From assembly GCA_903893855.1 (NCBI GenBank), contig CAITNV010000042.1:1-32013 (forward strand): a stretch of DNA of 32,013 bases, written 5' to 3'. This DNA is from Candidatus Tayloriibacteriota bacterium. Lineage in GTDB: Bacteria > Patescibacteriota > Minisyncoccia > Phycocordibacterales > PALSA-1337. The notes below the pieces were generated by a model. It had not been told where the DNA came from. It ran no database searches and saw only the letters and a program-made list of their open reading frames with translations. The position numbers and the translations under genes are program-made. Numbering within the stretch: the first letter of the stretch is position 1; the number at the start of each line of letters is the position of its first letter. This document shows positions 25,949 through 32,013 of this stretch, in pieces.

Positions 25949-26114
25949 ATATGTGAACATTGGCTATAGTACACAAATAACGATCATAAATCAATAGATA
26001 TACATAGAACACGTCCCCGTACGTCAGTATAGTAGTAGGATGAAATAATTTTGGATATACTTAGTAACAATAGGGTAGTGAAAGCGAAATTTATTAGCAT
26101 AATACATTACATAT

Positions 26115-26501
26115 ATGAAAATAGACATCAAGATTAAAGGTAGCGCAGGGCACGGCTTTACTATTACCCCAGCGATACATGAGTATGTAACAAAGCGCTG
26201 TGAATCTTTCGCTAAATTTCTCCAGCACGATCCCAACGCTTTGGTGACCGTAGAACTATCGAAACTAACCGAACACCAAAAGAGTGGGGATATCTTCTCT
26301 GCGGAGGTGCATATTCTCGCTAAGATTGGTGGTAAATCAAGCGACTTGTATTCATCTGCAGAACGAGCGGATCTTTATGCGGCTATTGATGCAGTAAAGG
26401 ATGAAGCATTTGAGGAGCTTTCTTCAACAAAGGCCAAGAATACCACGCTCGATCGCAAGGCAGGCGCTGAAGTTAAAAACATTTTGAAAGGAATTAAGTA
26501 A
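26115..26501 (+). CDS. hpf: ribosome hibernation promoting factor (HPF / RaiA / YfiA family)
   Basis: MKIDIKIKG...TITPAIHEYVTKR...SAEVHI...ADLYAAIDAV matches the HPF short-form pattern. Confidence 0.8.
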   Translation: MKIDIKIKGSAGHGFTITPAIHEYVTKRCESFAKFLQHDPNALVTVELSKLTEHQKSGDIFSAEVHILAKIGGKSSDLYSSAERADLYAAIDAVKDEAFEELSSTKAKNTTLDRKAGAEVKNILKGIK

Positions 26502-26662
26502 TATGGGGAGTTTCCTGAAACAGCGAGTAAATTCTTTTCTTTGTATAGCGCTTTTGGCTTTGATCACATTCTGGGTGGTGCTGTATTATCTTAGTGCGAA
26601 AGCGCAGATCATCGGAACCGAGTATGCGGGTCCTTACATGACCATATTAAATGTTCCGTAGT

Positions 26663-27541
26663 TTAAATATTTCTCAGAAAGATCTCATAGTCCATTTCCT
26701 TGCGACCTTCGGGAATGACTTTGTCGATGATGAGGGTATTATTGTGCCAATATGCATTGGTTATTTTGACGCGGATTTTTTTGGTGTTTGAGTTCGAAGC
26801 TGGGATAAAAAAGTATACGGTTGGCCAGAGGTGAAAGGCTTGAATCTTGCGGTAAATATCGTACTGGACCTTCGGCGAGTCTGAAGTGATATCTGCATAG
26901 TCAACGAGGCCGTCTTCTTTGGTGATTTTTTTGGTAAATGTCGCTCGAGTGTGGTCTTGTTCATAGCCGTGCGTCTTTCCAGAGACCCAATCTGGCAAAA
27001 TAGATACGAGAAGTTTCGCTCCGCGTTCGAACATCATTTTTTCGAATTCTTCGTAAATAGGCCATTCTTTAATAGTGACTGGTTCTTGAGCGACGATAGG
27101 GCCGTGATCCATGAGGCTATCAATAAGAATGATACTTACCGCTGTCTCTTTGGTATCGTCAAGCATCGAGGACTGTAGTGGAGTGGCGCCACGATAGAGC
27201 GGAAGTGCGGATGGGTGGATATTGAGTGCGCCACGCTTTGGTATGTCGATGACCGCTTGGGGGATGATTTTGCCATAGGCTGCGACGATATAGACTGGAC
27301 AGTCGTATGTGCGGAGTTCCTTGATGAATTCTTCATCAAGCTTGTCGGGAGTAGTGACGGGGATACCGTGTTCATTTGCCCAGACTTTCACCGGTGTCGG
27401 GGTAAGAGCGAGTCGATCTGCAGGCTTGTCGGGTGTGGTGACTATAAAAGTAGGTTTTGAACCAAGCTTAGCGAGCTCATTTAATAAATGAACTGAAGCA
27501 ATAGCGCTACCAAAGAAAATGTAAGGGATGGGTTCAGGCAT
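26663..27541 (-). CDS. fmt: methionyl-tRNA formyltransferase
   Basis: NIHPSALPLYRGATPLQ is the formyltransferase HxSLLPxxRG motif. The start is chosen at MPEPIPYIFFGS, 1 nt after the def stop; the ORF track's longer N-terminus would overlap def. Confidence 0.85.
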   Translation of the reverse strand: MPEPIPYIFFGSAIASVHLLNELAKLGSKPTFIVTTPDKPADRLALTPTPVKVWANEHGIPVTTPDKLDEEFIKELRTYDCPVYIVAAYGKIIPQAVIDIPKRGALNIHPSALPLYRGATPLQSSMLDDTKETAVSIILIDSLMDHGPIVAQEPVTIKEWPIYEEFEKMMFERGAKLLVSILPDWVSGKTHGYEQDHTRATFTKKITKEDGLVDYADITSDSPKVQYDIYRKIQAFHLWPTVYFFIPASNSNTKKIRVKITNAYWHNNTLIIDKVIPEGRKEMDYEIFLRNI

Positions 27542-27542
27542 A

Positions 27543-28103
27543 TTAAATATAATCCGGCAAAATCTCTTGAATCTGTTTTGCTGAGTCGATGAAAAGCACG
27601 CCATCTAGGTGGTCGGTCTCATGCTGGAAGATCTGGGCTAAGAGACCGCTCGCTCCACGCTCTATTTTGTTGCCTTTTTCATCATACGCACGAAGACTTA
27701 CTTTCTTTGAGCGTTTGATTTTGCCATAGAGATATCGCACGGAGAGACAGCCTTCTTCGAGAATTTCTTTCTCTTTGGAAGCCTTGGTGATGACGGGATT
27801 GATGAAAATGAGATCGGGGAAAGCGTTTACGCCGTCGATTGAAGACTTCTTCTCAAAATACTTTTCATCTGCGCTTGCAAGTACCGCTCCTGAGACAATA
27901 AATATTCGAAGTGGCACGCCAATCTGAGGTGCAGCAAGTGCGACGCCGTCCTTCTCGGGAGTGAGGGCTGCTTTCATATCTGCGATGATTTTTTGGATTT
28001 TTGGAGAGGTGATATCGTGTACAGGAACTGTCTGAGCGACCTCGCGTAAGACCGGGTCGCCATTTTGTACGATATTGGTGTTGAGGATATGCTTCGACTT
28101 CAT
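27543..28103 (-). CDS. def: peptide deformylase
   Basis: GVALAAPQIG, EGCLSV and QHETDHLDG are the three Def motifs. The start is chosen at MKSKHIL; the ORF track extends 15 codons further. Confidence 0.85.
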   Translation of the reverse strand: MKSKHILNTNIVQNGDPVLREVAQTVPVHDITSPKIQKIIADMKAALTPEKDGVALAAPQIGVPLRIFIVSGAVLASADEKYFEKKSSIDGVNAFPDLIFINPVITKASKEKEILEEGCLSVRYLYGKIKRSKKVSLRAYDEKGNKIERGASGLLAQIFQHETDHLDGVLFIDSAKQIQEILPDYI

Positions 28104-28125
28104 GAAATAATGTAAAAATACTATA

Positions 28126-30174
28126 TCACAAAAGGCTCTCTGGATCAATGTTCACACTTACACTTGGCGGTAGGGATCGGAGCTTGTTGCTTAAGGATTC
28201 GCTCGGCCAATTACCACGAGGAATTCGCATAAGACCGTGAAGGACATAGTCTCCGCGCACGGTATGGGTGAAGGCCGGAAAAATATCGACCACATGCGGT
28301 TCGAGACTTTTCTGTATCGAATTCATCTCTGCAATGATAGCTTCCTTCGGTCCTTCGAGGGTGATTTTAATAAGGTTTACAAAAGGAGGATAATTAAAGA
28401 TATTTCGTTCGGCTATAGTGTCACGATAGAAATCGCTCAGATTGCCCTTCAGTGCATATTCAAAAACCTTCTCTTCAGCACGGCGAGTCTGAACGATGAA
28501 TTCTTTGGTGGTAAGAGATCGCAGGGTGAGTAATGTGTGGATGATCTTTTCTTGAATACGAAAATCGGGAATCGAGAAGAGTGAATCGAGCGATATGATA
28601 GCTGCATTGTGTACCTTTTTGTTGGGATAGAGGAGCATCATTTCGGTGCCAAGGAGGATGCTACCGGGGTGATCTTGGAAATGAGCTATGGCTTCGTGTG
28701 CTTGTTTCTGGGTCTTAGTCGTATCGGCGTCTATTTGTGAAATGGTGATGTCGGGGAATTTTTGCCGGATGGTGTCTGCGACGAGATCGATGCCAATGCC
28801 TAATGTAGAGAGCTTCCAGCTAGAGCAGACTTTACAATATTCTTCGCTCGGGCGACGAGCTCCACAACGATGGCACATAAAGAAGCTCTTTGGGTTAGGA
28901 GTTGGCGTGGCTGTAGGACGAGAACTTGGTGATACTGGAGCCTTATGAAGAATGACTGGAGCGCTGCAGTTATTACACGTAACTATGGTCTGGCAATCAG
29001 CACAAATGACCGATGGAGCGATGCCACGGCGGGCCGCGAGGATGATCATGGACTCATTGTTCTCTTTATTGGCTCGAATGAGGCGTTCTACTTCAAGACT
29101 CAATATTCGGAAACGGTCTTCGGGATTCTCCGCTGTCTTATACTGACGCATGTCGATCAAACTGTCTTTGGCAGTTGAAAGTGAACGGAATTTAAATGGA
29201 GCAGATTCTTGAATGAGGCCTTCACTTTGGCGCCAGAGTGTCTCAGCTCGTAAAAGTATGTCACCGATAACGAGGGGGATGTTTTTTCTCTTGGTATAGA
29301 TCTCGGCCACGGTTCGAAGGTCGATGTATGGACGACGAAGGCTTTTGTAGCCTCGGCCATTTTCTTTCTCTATGATGACTGTACCGATATCTGCGCGCGG
29401 AAGACAGAGGAAACTGCCCGTAGCTACAATAACAACGGGGTGTTTTTCGAGAATTGCACGATTCCATGTGTCGATGAGCTTTTTTGGAGAGAGGGAATTA
29501 TGGAGCAAGAAAGCATAATCCTCAATGCCTTTATCAATGAGACTGTATGCTCGGATGGCATCCTCAATGGTGGGAAGCATGATAAAAACTGACTCTTTCT
29601 TAGTAAAAATTTGCCGGATGAGACTGCGGTAGCTACTATAGCGATCTTCGTCATCTCCTTGGATAGCACGAATCTCGTGGAAATTGGTATCGGAATCGGT
29701 AGATGACGTAGATAGTTTTGCTGTCGGCGTTTTTTTCGTTGCACTAGGCAGTAACGACGGATTTTTAAAAGAAGATGAACGCTTGAGAATTATGTCAGGG
29801 ACGAGAGCATCGAGCGTGCTACCAGTGGAAGTCGCATAGTAGAGTGAAGCCTCTTGTGCCATTTCGATAAATTCTGGTAAGAAGAATGGGCGTGGCTTGC
29901 GGGTTTTGTTAAGTATCGGGGTAGTTTCGGAAGCGTCATTATTAAGTGAAGAGATTTTCTTCAAAGCAAAGGGGGCGTTCTTGAGCTGACTTTTTAAATG
30001 AGAGACTGGATCGACGCGGGTGACGATAGCTTGGACGGTTTTTTTGCGCAGAGGAACACTCACTACTGCACCAAGCGGTAGGTTTTCAGGGCTAAAATAC
30101 GAGAGAGTCTCGGTCTTTAAGCCTTTTGCAATGGGGATGACTTCGATAACATTCATGATTTCAGAGTATAGCAC
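28126..30174 (-). CDS. priA: primosomal protein N' (PriA replication-restart helicase)
   Basis: 682 aa. The N-terminal MNVIEVIPIAKG is PriA-like. Cys-rich zinc insert CADCQTIVTCNNC...CHRCG...CKVCSS. Helicase motifs present. Confidence 0.85.
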   Translation of the reverse strand: MLYSEIMNVIEVIPIAKGLKTETLSYFSPENLPLGAVVSVPLRKKTVQAIVTRVDPVSHLKSQLKNAPFALKKISSLNNDASETTPILNKTRKPRPFFLPEFIEMAQEASLYYATSTGSTLDALVPDIILKRSSSFKNPSLLPSATKKTPTAKLSTSSTDSDTNFHEIRAIQGDDEDRYSSYRSLIRQIFTKKESVFIMLPTIEDAIRAYSLIDKGIEDYAFLLHNSLSPKKLIDTWNRAILEKHPVVIVATGSFLCLPRADIGTVIIEKENGRGYKSLRRPYIDLRTVAEIYTKRKNIPLVIGDILLRAETLWRQSEGLIQESAPFKFRSLSTAKDSLIDMRQYKTAENPEDRFRILSLEVERLIRANKENNESMIILAARRGIAPSVICADCQTIVTCNNCSAPVILHKAPVSPSSRPTATPTPNPKSFFMCHRCGARRPSEEYCKVCSSWKLSTLGIGIDLVADTIRQKFPDITISQIDADTTKTQKQAHEAIAHFQDHPGSILLGTEMMLLYPNKKVHNAAIISLDSLFSIPDFRIQEKIIHTLLTLRSLTTKEFIVQTRRAEEKVFEYALKGNLSDFYRDTIAERNIFNYPPFVNLIKITLEGPKEAIIAEMNSIQKSLEPHVVDIFPAFTHTVRGDYVLHGLMRIPRGNWPSESLSNKLRSLPPSVSVNIDPESLL

Positions 30175-30251
30175 TTTTCGAAAATAGTCTATATCTTGAA
30201 GTCATTTTCGGATGTAATTTTTTGAACAGGATTTTATACTATCTTGTATAT

Positions 30252-31823
30252 TTATAGATCTCGAAATGTTTCAATATGTGCACCTATAGTATTCAATCGT
30301 TCGGCAAGGTCTTCATAGCCACGATTAATATTGTAGACGTTACGAAGGATTGAGGTTCCTTGTGCCGCAAGCATAGCAATCATAATAATGACTGAAGGTC
30401 GAAGTGCTGGCGGACATACTATCTCAGTGGCTTTTAACTTGGTCGGGCCAGTAACATAGAAGCGATACGGATCTGCGAGGATGGTGACCGCACGGAGTTT
30501 GTCGAGCTCTTTGTAGTAAATGGCGCGTTCTTCATAGGTCCAGTCGTGGATAAATGTTTGTCCCACCGCTTGCGTGCCGATAACAGCAAAGAATGGAAGA
30601 TTGTCGATATTAATACCGGGGTATGGGAGTGCGTGAATTTTCTCTTCGAGGGCGATGAGGTTTGATGGTTTTGTCGTGATGTCGACGAGGTGAGTTTTGC
30701 CATTGTCAGATAGATAACGTTCGACGATACGGTATTTGAAGCCCATTTTCTCAAGCTTCAAGAGTTCGAGTTCGAGAAAGTCGATAGGACAGCGTTCTAT
30801 TGTGATGGCTGACTTCGTGACTATCGCTATAGCGATAAGAGACATTGCTTCAATAGGGTCTTCGGAGAGAGCGTATTCAGCATCGCTTGTAAATGTCGAT
30901 GCGTCTTTACCGTGGACGGTGAGTGTTGAAGAACCAATACCGTCGATCTTCACACCGAGCTTTTCTAGATAAAAGCACACATCCTGTACTTGATAGTTGC
31001 CTGAAGCGAACTTTATGACGGTAGTACCTGCTGTTCCTGCAGCTGCAGTAAGGACGGTCTCGGTGACGGTATCACCAGCTTCATAGAGTACGATTTCACG
31101 AACCGTGTTCGAGGTGTTCTTTGTCGTGTCTGCTAAGTGTGTAACCTTGTAATCATCTGAACGTGTCTCAATAGCAATTCCAAATTTCTCAAGTGCATAA
31201 AAGTAAGGCTTAACTGTGCGTGATCCTAAGCGGCAACCGCCAGCTTGTGGGAGATTGAATGATGTAAGTTGATGGATGAGGGGTCCCAGCATCATAATGC
31301 AGCTACGGGTCCTTGCGGCAGAATCGTGGTTGATCTTCGAGAGATCGTAACGAGCTGGTGGCCGAAGTTCGAGGTCGTTTTGTTTGTTCGCATTTATTTT
31401 CCAACTAACCTTCATGCCAATAGATTCAAGAACTTCGATGATACGATAGACTTCTTCGATTTTCGGAACATTGCGCATAGTCGTCGTGCCACGATTTAAA
31501 AGAGAAGCACAGAGTATTCCTACAGCGCCATTCTTCGATGTACGTACCGCTATGTGGCCAGAGAGTTTTCGCCCACCTTCGATACGGAAGTTAATATTAC
31601 CTGATGGAGCGATGGTAATAATTTCGCGATCTAGGGCTGCACTAATCTTAGCAAGTGTCTCAGTAGATAGATTCTGCTCACCCTTCTCAATGCGGGCAAT
31701 AACTGACTGTGTAGTGCCGGTTTTCTTGCCGAGCTCAGCTTGGCTAAGCCCTCGATCTTCGCGAAGCTTGGTAATGAGACTTCCGATTTGGGCGAGTGCT
31801 TCTTTGGTGTGTGTTGTAGACAT
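30252..31823 (-). CDS. murA: UDP-N-acetylglucosamine 1-carboxyvinyltransferase with an N-terminal XRE-type HTH domain
   Basis: The N-terminal ~65 aa LAQIGSLITKLREDRGLSQAELGKKTGTTQSVIARIEKGEQNLSTETLAKISAAL is a Cro/C1-type HTH. The remainder aligns to MurA (NVPKIEEV..., active-site loop GGCRLGSRTV carrying the Cys). Confidence 0.8.
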   Translation of the reverse strand: MSTTHTKEALAQIGSLITKLREDRGLSQAELGKKTGTTQSVIARIEKGEQNLSTETLAKISAALDREIITIAPSGNINFRIEGGRKLSGHIAVRTSKNGAVGILCASLLNRGTTTMRNVPKIEEVYRIIEVLESIGMKVSWKINANKQNDLELRPPARYDLSKINHDSAARTRSCIMMLGPLIHQLTSFNLPQAGGCRLGSRTVKPYFYALEKFGIAIETRSDDYKVTHLADTTKNTSNTVREIVLYEAGDTVTETVLTAAAGTAGTTVIKFASGNYQVQDVCFYLEKLGVKIDGIGSSTLTVHGKDASTFTSDAEYALSEDPIEAMSLIAIAIVTKSAITIERCPIDFLELELLKLEKMGFKYRIVERYLSDNGKTHLVDITTKPSNLIALEEKIHALPYPGINIDNLPFFAVIGTQAVGQTFIHDWTYEERAIYYKELDKLRAVTILADPYRFYVTGPTKLKATEIVCPPALRPSVIIMIAMLAAQGTSILRNVYNINRGYEDLAERLNTIGAHIETFRDL

Positions 31824-32013
31824 TTTTATATCATAGCATATACGCTATCATGTAAAATATTGTATTGTGGATATCTAATTGAAACGTCGAGTGGAAGATC
31901 TAGTTACCTTTGAAGTAGGACAGTAGAATTAATGGATTAGCAAAAATTAATTTCATTGTCATGACGTATCATCATTTGTCGTTTGAAGAGAGGTTTGTCA
32001 TTGAAAAATTGTA

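Noticed and set aside
27543-28148. ORF-track N-terminal extensions of def (to 28148) and fmt (to 27604)
   Set aside because: The internal Mets give canonical Def and Fmt N-termini. They also restore a 1-nt def-stop to fmt-start junction, whereas the long versions would overlap by 62 nt.
1-32013. CRISPR arrays, rRNA genes, IS elements and transposases
   Set aside because: No short regularly spaced direct repeats, no rRNA-like conserved blocks and no DDE or serine-recombinase ORFs were seen anywhere in the window.

Overview
This 32-kb window is a mosaic accessory region that runs into a conserved housekeeping block at its right end (tRNA-Asn, hpf, def-fmt, priA, an HTH-fused murA). The genome uses the standard genetic code: TGA terminates hicA, priA and the DUF2075-fusion gene. 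Composition is patchy by eye. The priA/murA/fmt block and the flotillin gene are GC-richer. Several stretches are distinctly AT-rich (8.0-8.5 kb, 13.9-16.3 kb, 18-24.2 kb). A 1.4-kb GC-rich insert next to the tRNA is bracketed by an 18-bp direct repeat of the tRNA 3' end.

Recognisable content: a TrmB-type regulator; a bacterial SWIM zinc-finger protein; two class-II Fic proteins, the first behind a textbook promoter overlapped by an 11-bp perfect palindrome; a small HD (SpoT/Mesh1-like) hydrolase; a stand-alone DnaJ-type CxxCxGxG x4 zinc-finger ORF interrupted upstream by an in-frame TGA; a hicB-hicA toxin-antitoxin pair; a small 4-TM transporter-like protein; an SPFH/flotillin protein; an AAA ATPase of the DUF4143 type; a Thr/Ser-rich secreted protein; DUF3850; and an MBL-fold hydrolase.

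The most interesting locus is an AT-rich operon at 20.4-24.5 kb. It reads: promoter with three GTGAAAAC boxes, then Fic, a trypco2-like small protein, a MazG-like NTP pyrophosphohydrolase, and a 674-aa GIY-YIG nuclease / DUF2075 ATPase / LexA-like S24 self-cleaving peptidase fusion. The S24 domain keeps its scissile-site motif and Ser-Lys dyad. I read this as a candidate DNA-damage- or RecA*-gated conflict (anti-phage) system.

No CRISPR array, rRNA or obvious transposase was seen. Many products are hypothetical. Every domain call rests on motif recognition by eye and needs HMM or BLAST confirmation.
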